From contig JAJTXY010000017.1 in assembly GCA_021463865.1 (NCBI GenBank), positions 20,635 to 84,634 on the forward strand: a DNA stretch of 64,000 bases, in the 5' to 3' direction. Source of the stretch: Anaerolineae bacterium (GTDB lineage: Bacteria > Chloroflexota > Anaerolineae > Aggregatilineales > J027). Below are positions 18,708 through 27,608 of this stretch, piece by piece. Within the stretch, counting starts at the first letter, position 1. Every line of letters starts with the position of its first letter. Below the pieces are notes generated by a model, which had not been told where the DNA came from, searched no databases, and saw nothing but the letters and a program-made list of their open reading frames with translations. Both the position numbers and the translations under genes were made by a program.

Positions 18708-20996
18708 ATGGAAGTACCCATGAATTTAGAATCCCGTCCTACCGTCAGCGGAATACGGCTCAATATTTCCGGCGAAGTGCTGGCCTATCTTGTCTTGCTG
18801 CTTTTGGCGGGTGCGTTACGCCTGATCTCGCTCGATCACGCCCCCCTAACCAACCGCGAGGCCCATGAAGCCCTTGCCGCCTTGCGTTTGGTCAATACTC
18901 GTGTGCCGGGGGATGCGATGGTCGCCGACAGCCCTATGATGGCCTTTGTCAACATGCTCCTATTTGTTTTCTTGGGCAATGCCGACAGCGTGGCACGCTT
19001 GGGTACAGCGATAGTTGGCACATTATTGGTCTTAGGCCCACTGCTGTGGCGGGGTTTTTTGGGGCGCGTCACGGCCCTAAGTTTCGCCTTACTGCTGACC
19101 TTTTCGCCGGTAGCAATGGCGGCTTCCCGCACAATGGGCGCGGCAACATGGACGATGGCGGTGGTGTTTATCGGTGGCTGGTGTCTCTGGCAGTATATCC
19201 AGACCCGCAGCAAAGCCTATGCCATCAGCACGACAATGGCCGCCGCCGCCATTTTGTTATTGACCGAAACGACGGGCATCATCACCGTCATCGGCCTTGC
19301 CTGTGGTTTGGCGCTGGCCTTGTGGTCATCCCGCAACCTGATTTCTGAAGCTGACGCCAAATCCCCCGCCGATACCCTGCGCGAGATTTCCAAATCATGG
19401 CCTTTAGTCGAAGGCCTGATGGGTGCATTAGGCTTGGTATTGGTGGTTGGCACGGCCCTATTCTTCGCCCCATCTGGTCTCACCGCTGTGGGTAACACCA
19501 TCAGCCAATTTATTGATGGCATCAACGAGCGCACGCCGGGTGTCCCCTACCCTTACGCTTTTGTCGTCAGCCTGCGTTACGATCTCGGCCTTGTGTTGTT
19601 TGGGTTGGTTGGCCTCTACTTTGCCTTGAGTGAGGGCAATTTCCTAACCCGCTTTTTTGCTGGTTGGTTTATCTGGGCCATTCTCGCCGCCATCCTTTAC
19701 CCCGGCGCGACGCCTGATGCCGCCCTATGGATTACCATGCCTGCCGCTGGTTTGGGGGCGTTTATCATCACCCGCATGTGCCACAGCGCCCAAACGGGTT
19801 ATTGGATTGTGCCAAATTGGGGCATCCCGGCTCATGCTATCGGGGTAGCGCTCTTACTAACGGCCCTCTCAGTGAATGGCTTGGTCGTGGGGCGTGCCTT
19901 ACAGCGCGAAGCCTTCCCCGGCAATTACAAGCCCATCAATTTTACTGCCACCGAAAAATCACAGGGGACACTGACTTCTGGCGCACGCATTGGATCATTT
20001 TACGATCCGCAAAACTCTCTCAGCACTTTCCCGCTGTATGTCACCGTTCAGCCAACCGCGCTGGTAGTGCAGATTTGGCGTCTCGATGGCAACATCGCCC
20101 CCCAACTAACCGTTCTCGACGAAAACCAGCAGGTCATCTATGGCCCATTCGCCTACCCCGCCGACAGCGGCAAGGGCATTGTGGAACGCTTAGATTTACC
20201 AACAGGCAATTATTTCCTAAATGTCACGCCTTCCGCTGAGACCTTAAACGAACGTGGGCAATATCTGGTTATGACCTATCCCGCCGATTACAAAGAACGG
20301 GACAGCTTCTACTTGGATATTCCCTATATCCTTGCCACGTTCCGCATTTTGCAGGCTAATCCCCCCTTGCCTGTCACCGCACCACTGGTGTTGTTGTTCT
20401 CTCTCCTCCTACTGATTATTCTATTTTTCTTGGTGGGCAGTCTATGGGGCAGCCGGGCCGCGTGGCGTGGATTGGGTTTTGGTATGTTGGCCTATTTCAG
20501 TTTGTATGGTATTGGATTGGGCTGGCAAGCAAGCGTGACCTTTGCCGATGACCCACGTGAACTTTGGCAGAGCCGCGACACCGCCGAGAATTATGATGCG
20601 CTAGTGGACACCTTGAAATTTATGTCGCGTCAGGACAACGGTGAAGAATATCGTATTGACATCACCGCCCAAGCGCCGGATGATGGTGCATTAGCATGGG
20701 CACTGCGTAATTTTGAGCGCACCCAGTTCGTCGAAGGGATAGGCATCGAAATCAACTCCGCCGTTGTCATCGCGCCCCCCACTCCAACCGGGCAACCGTT
20801 GGACATCGGCGCGGATTATGTGGGTCAAGACGTCATCCTGACCCGTCATTACGAACTCAGTTGGCTCAATTGGGTGGATGCCCTCGGTTGGCTGACCCTG
20901 CGCGAAACTCGTTATCCAACCGTGCCAGATCAACAGATGATGTTATGGGTACGTAAAGATGTGTATGGGGTGGATGAAGTCCCCCTCGGCCAGTGA
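18708..20996 (+). CDS. Polytopic membrane protein, divergent TIGR03663-like paralogue lacking the family's conserved DE/HGP motifs
   Basis: 762 aa. The N-terminal ~170 aa align by eye with the 1754-aa protein (LGNADSVARLGTAIVGTLLVLGPLLWRGFLGR vs FGPSDFSARVYPAVLGVLLVMFPLLFKRWIGR). Where the larger protein has HDESLH, HGP and SRYIRED, this one has NREAHE, DSP and SRTMGAA. A soluble beta-rich insert is present (LPTGNYFLNVTPS, possibly PPC-like). Confidence 0.6.
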   Translation: MEVPMNLESRPTVSGIRLNISGEVLAYLVLLLLAGALRLISLDHAPLTNREAHEALAALRLVNTRVPGDAMVADSPMMAFVNMLLFVFLGNADSVARLGTAIVGTLLVLGPLLWRGFLGRVTALSFALLLTFSPVAMAASRTMGAATWTMAVVFIGGWCLWQYIQTRSKAYAISTTMAAAAILLLTETTGIITVIGLACGLALALWSSRNLISEADAKSPADTLREISKSWPLVEGLMGALGLVLVVGTALFFAPSGLTAVGNTISQFIDGINERTPGVPYPYAFVVSLRYDLGLVLFGLVGLYFALSEGNFLTRFFAGWFIWAILAAILYPGATPDAALWITMPAAGLGAFIITRMCHSAQTGYWIVPNWGIPAHAIGVALLLTALSVNGLVVGRALQREAFPGNYKPINFTATEKSQGTLTSGARIGSFYDPQNSLSTFPLYVTVQPTALVVQIWRLDGNIAPQLTVLDENQQVIYGPFAYPADSGKGIVERLDLPTGNYFLNVTPSAETLNERGQYLVMTYPADYKERDSFYLDIPYILATFRILQANPPLPVTAPLVLLFSLLLLIILFFLVGSLWGSRAAWRGLGFGMLAYFSLYGIGLGWQASVTFADDPRELWQSRDTAENYDALVDTLKFMSRQDNGEEYRIDITAQAPDDGALAWALRNFERTQFVEGIGIEINSAVVIAPPTPTGQPLDIGADYVGQDVILTRHYELSWLNWVDALGWLTLRETRYPTVPDQQMMLWVRKDVYGVDEVPLGQ

Positions 20997-21030
20997 GGGA
21001 TTTCGCCCTCCACTGTGTAGTATAGGATTT

Positions 21031-21630
21031 ATGGACACAAAACACGACGACCCAATGCTCAATCCGTTGATAACCCGCATTCAACGCGGCGATCAAACGG
21101 CCTGCACCGACCTGTATGACCTATATGCGCCGGGTGTCTATCGCTTGGCCTATAGCGTCTTGCTGCATCGTCAGGATGCGGAAGATGTAGTACAAGAAGT
21201 GTTTGTCTATGTCTTTCGCAATCTCAAATTGTATGATCCCAATCGGGGTCAATTCCGCACATGGCTTTATACGATTACCATCAGTCGCTGCCGCAATGCC
21301 CGCCGCCGCAAGATGCTGCCCACCGTCGCCCTAAGCGATTTATTATTACTCGGCCTTGAACCGCACGGGCCAGAAAGTGAAAATCCGGAGGCCGCCAGTC
21401 TGCGTGAGGATGCCAACCGCGTCTTGGCCCAAGCCCTCAAAACGCTTTCATCCCGTCTGCGTGAAGCCGTCGCCTTGCGTTATGGGCAGGGGTTGACCTA
21501 TCGTGAAATGGGGGAGATTTTGAACATCCCACCCAAAACCGCTGAGTCGCGCATTCGGCTGGCCCATGAAGCCCTCCGCAGTGCGATGCAGCCCCATGAT
21601 ATTGCCTTACTAGAGGAATTTTTAGGATAG
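21031..21630 (+). CDS. ECF (sigma-70 family, group 4) RNA polymerase sigma factor
   Basis: I place the start at ATG 21031 (MDTKHDD...), not the listed 20959, which overlaps the upstream gene. Region 2: DAEDVVQEVFVYVFRNLKLYDPNRGQFRTWLYTITISRCRNARRRK. Region 4: LREAVALRYGQGLTYREMGEILNIPPKTAESRIRLAHEALR. Confidence 0.85.
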   Translation: MDTKHDDPMLNPLITRIQRGDQTACTDLYDLYAPGVYRLAYSVLLHRQDAEDVVQEVFVYVFRNLKLYDPNRGQFRTWLYTITISRCRNARRRKMLPTVALSDLLLLGLEPHGPESENPEAASLREDANRVLAQALKTLSSRLREAVALRYGQGLTYREMGEILNIPPKTAESRIRLAHEALRSAMQPHDIALLEEFLG

Positions 21631-21632
21631 CT

Positions 21633-22268
21633 GTGGACATCAAGGAGCAACTTTTAGCCTATCTGGAAGGGACTCTCACCTCGGCTCAACGGCGCGAGGT
21701 CGTGCGGCGTTTGGCTACCTCGCGTCAATGGCAGGCCGAGCTGGAGGCCATCCAATATTCCCAATCCCAACTCAAGCGCGAAATGCCTGCGTTTGGCTGT
21801 CCTACCCACAAGCAGTTAACCGCGTTGCTGCCGGATATATTGGAAAAATCCAAACAGCCTTCCCGCCTCCATGAAAAGATGGATTGGACACAAGGCGGGA
21901 TGCTGTTGTGCATGATCGCCGTAATGTTGATGATGGTTCCCATCTTGATTAAGGCCCAAACAGCAGTTTTGGCTTCGACCAATCTTAAAAATATTCCGGC
22001 GACCACCAATACGCCTGCCGCCATTCGGGTCAACACGCTCGAAGTGCCCCGCGCAGTGGTAGCGTCGTCCAGCGGGGCGAATGTGGTCGAAGCGGTGGCC
22101 TATCGCATCCAAGCGGATTTCCAATATTGTGATCTAAGCACGGGCCTCTTTTTACCCATTTCATCCCGCACCCGCTCGGATGTCCGGGTTGTTGGGTTGA
22201 CCCCTGCTCCTGTACCCGGTTCGACACTTGAACCAAGCCGCGAGGCCGCCCTTGAAACTCGTCAGTAA
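21633..22268 (+). CDS. Putative membrane-spanning anti-sigma factor (non-zinc type)
   Basis: 211 aa with a GTG start 2 nt after the sigma-factor stop. The N-terminal helix LLAYLEGTLTSAQRREVVRRLATSRQWQAELEAI resembles an anti-sigma domain but lacks the HxxxCxxC zinc ligands. One TM segment (GGMLLCMIAVMLMMVPILI) and a ~100-aa extracytoplasmic tail. Confidence 0.5.
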   Translation: MDIKEQLLAYLEGTLTSAQRREVVRRLATSRQWQAELEAIQYSQSQLKREMPAFGCPTHKQLTALLPDILEKSKQPSRLHEKMDWTQGGMLLCMIAVMLMMVPILIKAQTAVLASTNLKNIPATTNTPAAIRVNTLEVPRAVVASSSGANVVEAVAYRIQADFQYCDLSTGLFLPISSRTRSDVRVVGLTPAPVPGSTLEPSREAALETRQ

Positions 22269-22281
22269 TTCGTCTTAAATC

Positions 22282-22290
22282 TGCTATACT
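22282..22290 (+). promoter_or_regulatory. Candidate extended -10 element (TGcTATACT) upstream of the 1754-aa gene
   Basis: CTGCTATACT sits in the 68-nt gap before ATG 22337. It shares the string CTGCTATA with the element at 2373-2382. No convincing -35 element is present. Confidence 0.3.
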
Positions 22291-22336
22291 TGGACGACCA
22301 TCTTATACCAGACCAGAGAAGAACAATTTTCGACTT

Positions 22337-25300
22337 ATGGCAACATTAAACCCAACGGCCCAAAACGACGGGCCACCCGTCTTAGAAAAAGCGCTTCAGC
22401 GACTCTATACGCTCAACTTTGAAACCATTGCCTACCTCATCATCTTTGCGGTGGCGGTCATCAGTCGGTTTTGGGATGTCGGCGCACGTGTCATGAGCCA
22501 CGACGAAAGTCTCCACACCTACTATTCGTGGAAGCTCTATGACGCAGGCGATTTTCAACATACCCCCCTGATGCACGGGCCAGTGATTTTCCATATGGTC
22601 GCGTTTTTCTATTGGCTGTTCGGCCCCAGCGATTTTAGTGCCCGGGTCTACCCGGCGGTGCTGGGGGTGTTGCTGGTCATGTTCCCGCTGTTGTTTAAGC
22701 GTTGGATCGGCAGAACCGGGGCGATCATCGCCAGCATCGGCCTGATTATCTCACCAATGATCTTGTTTCACAGCCGCTATATCCGTGAAGACGTCCCGTC
22801 CGTTTTCTTCACGCTGGTCATGTTCTACGGCATTATGCAATACATAGATGGCGAAAAACCGCGTCGTCCGGTCTGGCTGGCGGTGATTGGCGGCGGTATG
22901 CTGCTTTCGCTTGCCAGTAAAGAAGTCGCCTTTATGTATATTGCCATTATTGGCAGCTTCTTCACCCTCTATTGGATTTTGCGGATCATCCAAGACCTGA
23001 ACTTCAAACGCCAAATTCCGGTTGATGATGTTTATGTACCCAACCCAACCATTGACGATGAACAAGAGGGAGTCAAAGCTACCCCCGTTGAAGCCCCTAC
23101 CCCGCTTTGGCAATTGCTGTTTGGGCATCTTGTCACGCTCGCCTTTGCAGGCATTTTGGGGTATCTGGCAGGTCATCTATTGGGCATCTTTACCGAAGCA
23201 CTGCAACCGGGGAATATGATGCTTGGCCCACTCAGTCTCACTCAAGGCCGATTTTTCACACTGGTTTTTGCTGCCGTCTTTTTTATCTTGGCAGAATTGT
23301 TTGGCCCAACACGCGGGCTATTAGTCTTCTTCCTCGGTCGTGGCGCACGCCTCGTCAAAACCCGCCCCGAACCCAGCGTCGCCCAAATGGTTGTCAATTT
23401 GCTGGCCGATGCTCGTAGCACCATTATTTTGATTACGGCGGGGTTGGTGATTGGTGGGGTTTCGGCGTTGTGGGCCTTCAGCATTTTGGACATCATCAAG
23501 CCCGCAACCGTCTTTGAAGAATTCACCTTTGCCCAACGCATCCAAGAGCAGGCCGCCACTAACCCCAATATTATCAATGAGCTACCCGGCCCCGGCCAAA
23601 AAATGGAGGCCATTGATGTTCGTGTCAATGAAACCGAACTCGGTCACGCGGCAACATGGTTGCTCGTCCCCATCGGCGTGATATGTTTCTTGACAGTTTT
23701 GATTGCTGCCCTCAAAACCCCGACCTCTTTGCGATTTACACCGGGGGATGCGGCTGTTGTGATCGGCGGGGTAGCGCTCAACGTTATCGTGCTATTTTTG
23801 AATGTCGTCGGGCCAGATTTTGGTCTACCCAAAGCCGCCCTATGGATTCTGCTGCCCATTGACCTGATGGTGGTGGCCTTCCTGCTGCGCCCCCCTTGGC
23901 AAGATGTCTTAATTATCTTCCTTGTAGCCACGATCTTTTTTGGGGTGCTCTTGGTAGCTGAACGGCGCAGTTTGAAGACCGAAGAAGGCGAACAGCAGTC
24001 CCAATTTGCCGCCGACCCCAACGCCGCTGAGATTCAGCAGGATGTTCAACACGACAACAAATATATATGGTTCACATGGCTGGCCGGGACAATGATTACC
24101 GCAGCCGTACTATTGACCCGCATGTTCACCAACTGGTGGGATTTCCTGAATCGCCAACCCGTTTTTGATGTCTTGATTGTGATTGGCACATTAGCCTTTC
24201 CGTGGTTGGCGGCCTTCCCGCTGTTTTGGGCCGGCTATACATTGGACGCCGCTCCACTCCCGGATGACACCTTTAAAGCTGCCATATTAGTCGTCATTCC
24301 ATTTTTCTTGGTGAGTGCTTCTGTCGGCTTGGCATGGAATTATCGCCTCTGGCCCATCCCACTAGCAGTATTTGCCTTGTTGTTTGTCGTCTTCTTTACA
24401 ACCTTTTTTACCAATGGCAATGGCGTCGGAACAGGTTTGATCGGCTCACTGGGTTATTGGCTAGAACAACAAGGGGTGCGACGCGGCAGTCAACCGCAGT
24501 ATTATTACACCTTCCTTGAAATCCCGGTCTATGAATTTTTGCCGACCATCATTGCCAGCATCGCGGGGTTTGCGGGTCTATCAGGTCTCTTTGAGTTCCG
24601 CCAAAAAGCCAACCGCTATATTCGTGAGGTCGCCTATCGCCAAAACGCCCAATCTGTCGGGGAAACAAGTAGCGTTGAAGCCGCCCTCACTCCCGAACAA
24701 TCGCGTTCCCTTTATGAAATGATGGGTAGCGAAGGCGAAACACTCACCAGCATCTCAACTGAAATGATTGAGATGGCCGAACGCAGCTATTCTGCTGGCG
24801 AGACACAACTAGGGTCTCCCACCGTCGCAACCAATGTAGCAAGTCCAGCCTCCCCAACCGAAGCAGTAGCTACAGATGAAAATGGAAACAATCCCGCCCT
24901 GCCCGATTTAAGCGATTGGTTGGCCGAGCATGGTGAAAATGGCAATTATAGCCTACCCAATTGGGCACGCCCCTATGACCATGACGAAGAAATGGCTAAA
25001 CGCACTAATGGCGACCCGACCTATTTAGGCGGCTTCCCCTTCCTGCAATTCATGGGCTATTGGAGCGTGATGATTATCGTTGCCCTCACGATGGCAGGCG
25101 AAAAGATGCCTTGGTTGACCACCCATATCAGCGTGCCATTGATCTTTGTGGGCGGCGCTTATCTGGGAACGGTTATTGATAAAATCCGCTGGTCAAGTGT
25201 CAAAGCCAGTGGTTGGGTATTGTTGGCCCTCGTCGTACCCGTATTCCTAATTGCCCTTGAACAACTATTGATGCCAGCCTTCACAGGTGGGACTGACCTG

Positions 25301-27601
25301 CCGTTTCAAGGCCGTTCTCAAATGGAATTGGAAGCTACCGGGCAGTGGATCGCCGCGCTTATTGGCGTCATCATTACAGGCTATTTCATTGTACAGTTGA
25401 CCATCCACACTGGGTTTGCACAGGCCCGTAAACTCATCTTCGTTTCGGCGACCATTTTGCTGGCGGTTCTGACCGCACGGGTGGCGTGGCTCGCAGCCTA
25501 CATCAATTACGACTACCCCACCGAATTTATGGTCTATGCCCACTCCGGCCCAGCGGTCAAGACGGTCATGGAAGATGTCTACTACCTAGCCGAACGCCAC
25601 CCCGACGGCATGAACATGCGCATTGTCTATGATGATGAGTCGTCATGGCCCTTCACATGGTATCTACGCGATTTCCGCAATTACGGCTTTATGGTAGGCG
25701 AGGCCACCACTGTCAGCAGCAACCCTGCCCAGTTAGACGGCGCGGAAGTGGTCATCGTTGGCAACAAGAAAAACGCCGAAGTCGAACGCATCCTCGGCAA
25801 AGATTACTATCGCTTCGACTATATCCGGTTGTGGTGGCCCATGCAGGCCTATTTCAATCTGGATTACAACCGTATCGCCAATCTTTTTGAATCCGACACC
25901 ACCAACCCTGCCGCCAGCTATTATCGGCGGGCCATTTGGGACATCTGGTGGGCACGCGACTACAAAGGCTATGGGCAGGCTGAATGTATTGAGCGGGATA
26001 TGCGCCAATGTCTGATTGAAGGCAGCGAAGACGCCTATGACCCAACCTGTATCCAGCGCGTCACCAGTGAATGTGCTACTGACAGCCGCTATAACGTTGA
26101 AAACTGGCCCGTCTCCGATGCCCTGTATGTCTATGTCCGCAAAGATTTTGTTGCCACCATTTGGGACAGCGGTCTTGATGGACAAAGTGTCACCGAACGT
26201 TTGGTTCCCGATCCCGAAAACGTGGTACAGCGCGAAGTTGTCCCCAGTGTCGCATTTGGTCAAGGCGAAATAACCGAGCCACGTGATATTGAAGTAGACG
26301 CCGAGGGCAACCTGGTCGTGGCGGATAACAAGAACCGCCGTATTGCCATCTACTCCCCCGACGGCACCTTCCTACGAGAAATGGGGGTTGGTCAACTGAA
26401 TGAACTATGGGGTGTCGCGGTCAGTCCGGTGGATGGCAACATCTATGCCGCCGACACGTGGAATCATCGCGTTGTCGTCTTTAACCCCGCAGGCGAATTG
26501 ATTGATACCTATGGCCGTAATGGGGTCATTGTCGATGGCACGGACTCAATCGAAGGTTTCTATGGCCCACGCGATGTCGCGGTTGATAAGAACGGGTTCA
26601 TCTATGTGGCCGACACAGGCAACCATCGTATCCGCGTCTATGACCAAAATTGGAACTATATCCGCGACATTGGGTCACGGGGCACAGGCGCAGGGCAGCT
26701 TCAAGAACCTGTGGGCATCGCCATCCACCCGATTTCTGGCGAACTCTACATCGCCGAAACGTGGAATCAGCGTGTTTCTGTCTTCAAGCGCGACGGCATC
26801 TATGTCCGTAGTTGGGATGTCAATATGTGGGAAGGAACCCAGTTCTCGCCCAATCGTCCCTATCTAACCATTTCACCAGATGGCACCCTCATTTTTGTCG
26901 GCGATATGGACAGCAGCGGCGGCAACAGTGGGCCGCGCATCGTCGGTTATGATCTCAGTGGTCAAGCGATGATTGCCTTCAATGGGGGTCTCGCCGTAGA
27001 CGCGAATAATCTCGACCAAAACGGCAATATCGCAGGCGTTTTGATTGTAGGAGGTCTGGCCTTCGGTCAAAACGGGCAACTATATGTGGCCGACGCAGGC
27101 ACATCGCGCATTGTCGTCTTTCCGCCGACGGGTATCACTGGCAACCTCGCCCCCATCCAAGACCCCAGTTATGGCACGGGCGAGAACACCTCCACAGGCA
27201 GTGATACCACGCAGGGTGAAACCTTCCTGACCACCGCCGACATGGAATTTTTGGATGCGTTTGGCCTATCCTATTGGCGTATCCTCAGCACAGGTGATTA
27301 CGAAGGTTACAAAACCCTCTTCTGCCCGGAAGTGCTCAGTTATATTCCAAATCGAGATACCTTCCTCAACACCATCGCCAAGAATTATTTAGGTGTGAAC
27401 GTAGATCAGACCGTCTCGGTGCCTGAAATCGTGGATGGCAAAGTCGTCATCCGGTGGAGCGGCTACATCGTGCGGGGTGTTGGTTCCGGCAATGAACAGG
27501 TCGAAACCATCAACACCGTCGCGCCCCTTGAGATGCAGCGCAGTGGTGCGGGTTGGTATATCTGTCCCGAACGACCCGTTTTCCGTCCCGGTGGCGGTTA
27601 A
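22337..27601 (+). CDS. Giant (1754 aa) TIGR03663-like GT-C-type membrane protein fused to a six-blade NHL beta-propeller
   Basis: N-terminal region: RFWDVGARVMSHDESLHTYY (DE at 22502-22507) and PLMHGPVIFH (HGP at 22574-22582), the invariant dipeptide and tripeptide I recall for TIGR03663. Many TM segments. An S/T/E-rich linker lies at about nt 24660-24920, followed by a second TM block, a soluble region (IVYDDESSWPFTWYLRDF), six NHL repeats and a ~130-aa C-terminal domain. Confidence 0.7.
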   Translation: MATLNPTAQNDGPPVLEKALQRLYTLNFETIAYLIIFAVAVISRFWDVGARVMSHDESLHTYYSWKLYDAGDFQHTPLMHGPVIFHMVAFFYWLFGPSDFSARVYPAVLGVLLVMFPLLFKRWIGRTGAIIASIGLIISPMILFHSRYIREDVPSVFFTLVMFYGIMQYIDGEKPRRPVWLAVIGGGMLLSLASKEVAFMYIAIIGSFFTLYWILRIIQDLNFKRQIPVDDVYVPNPTIDDEQEGVKATPVEAPTPLWQLLFGHLVTLAFAGILGYLAGHLLGIFTEALQPGNMMLGPLSLTQGRFFTLVFAAVFFILAELFGPTRGLLVFFLGRGARLVKTRPEPSVAQMVVNLLADARSTIILITAGLVIGGVSALWAFSILDIIKPATVFEEFTFAQRIQEQAATNPNIINELPGPGQKMEAIDVRVNETELGHAATWLLVPIGVICFLTVLIAALKTPTSLRFTPGDAAVVIGGVALNVIVLFLNVVGPDFGLPKAALWILLPIDLMVVAFLLRPPWQDVLIIFLVATIFFGVLLVAERRSLKTEEGEQQSQFAADPNAAEIQQDVQHDNKYIWFTWLAGTMITAAVLLTRMFTNWWDFLNRQPVFDVLIVIGTLAFPWLAAFPLFWAGYTLDAAPLPDDTFKAAILVVIPFFLVSASVGLAWNYRLWPIPLAVFALLFVVFFTTFFTNGNGVGTGLIGSLGYWLEQQGVRRGSQPQYYYTFLEIPVYEFLPTIIASIAGFAGLSGLFEFRQKANRYIREVAYRQNAQSVGETSSVEAALTPEQSRSLYEMMGSEGETLTSISTEMIEMAERSYSAGETQLGSPTVATNVASPASPTEAVATDENGNNPALPDLSDWLAEHGENGNYSLPNWARPYDHDEEMAKRTNGDPTYLGGFPFLQFMGYWSVMIIVALTMAGEKMPWLTTHISVPLIFVGGAYLGTVIDKIRWSSVKASGWVLLALVVPVFLIALEQLLMPAFTGGTDLPFQGRSQMELEATGQWIAALIGVIITGYFIVQLTIHTGFAQARKLIFVSATILLAVLTARVAWLAAYINYDYPTEFMVYAHSGPAVKTVMEDVYYLAERHPDGMNMRIVYDDESSWPFTWYLRDFRNYGFMVGEATTVSSNPAQLDGAEVVIVGNKKNAEVERILGKDYYRFDYIRLWWPMQAYFNLDYNRIANLFESDTTNPAASYYRRAIWDIWWARDYKGYGQAECIERDMRQCLIEGSEDAYDPTCIQRVTSECATDSRYNVENWPVSDALYVYVRKDFVATIWDSGLDGQSVTERLVPDPENVVQREVVPSVAFGQGEITEPRDIEVDAEGNLVVADNKNRRIAIYSPDGTFLREMGVGQLNELWGVAVSPVDGNIYAADTWNHRVVVFNPAGELIDTYGRNGVIVDGTDSIEGFYGPRDVAVDKNGFIYVADTGNHRIRVYDQNWNYIRDIGSRGTGAGQLQEPVGIAIHPISGELYIAETWNQRVSVFKRDGIYVRSWDVNMWEGTQFSPNRPYLTISPDGTLIFVGDMDSSGGNSGPRIVGYDLSGQAMIAFNGGLAVDANNLDQNGNIAGVLIVGGLAFGQNGQLYVADAGTSRIVVFPPTGITGNLAPIQDPSYGTGENTSTGSDTTQGETFLTTADMEFLDAFGLSYWRILSTGDYEGYKTLFCPEVLSYIPNRDTFLNTIAKNYLGVNVDQTVSVPEIVDGKVVIRWSGYIVRGVGSGNEQVETINTVAPLEMQRSGAGWYICPERPVFRPGGG
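26279..27127 (+). repeat. Six tandem NHL repeats (predicted six-blade beta-propeller) inside the 1754-aa ORF
   Basis: The blades are recognisable by eye: NLVVADNKNRRIAIYSPDG, NIYAADTWNHRVVVFNPAG, FIYVADTGNHRIRVYDQNW, ELYIAETWNQRVSVFKRDG, LIFVGDMDSSGGNSGPRIVGYDLSG, QLYVADAGTSRIVVFPP. Confidence 0.8.
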
Positions 27602-27608
27602 ATTTGGT

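Noticed and set aside
22245-22280. A GAAAC...CGTCT string as an ECF-type promoter upstream of the 1754-aa gene.
   Set aside because: The spacing is only about 12 nt, against roughly 16-17 nt expected between the -35 AAC and the -10 CGT in ECF promoters.
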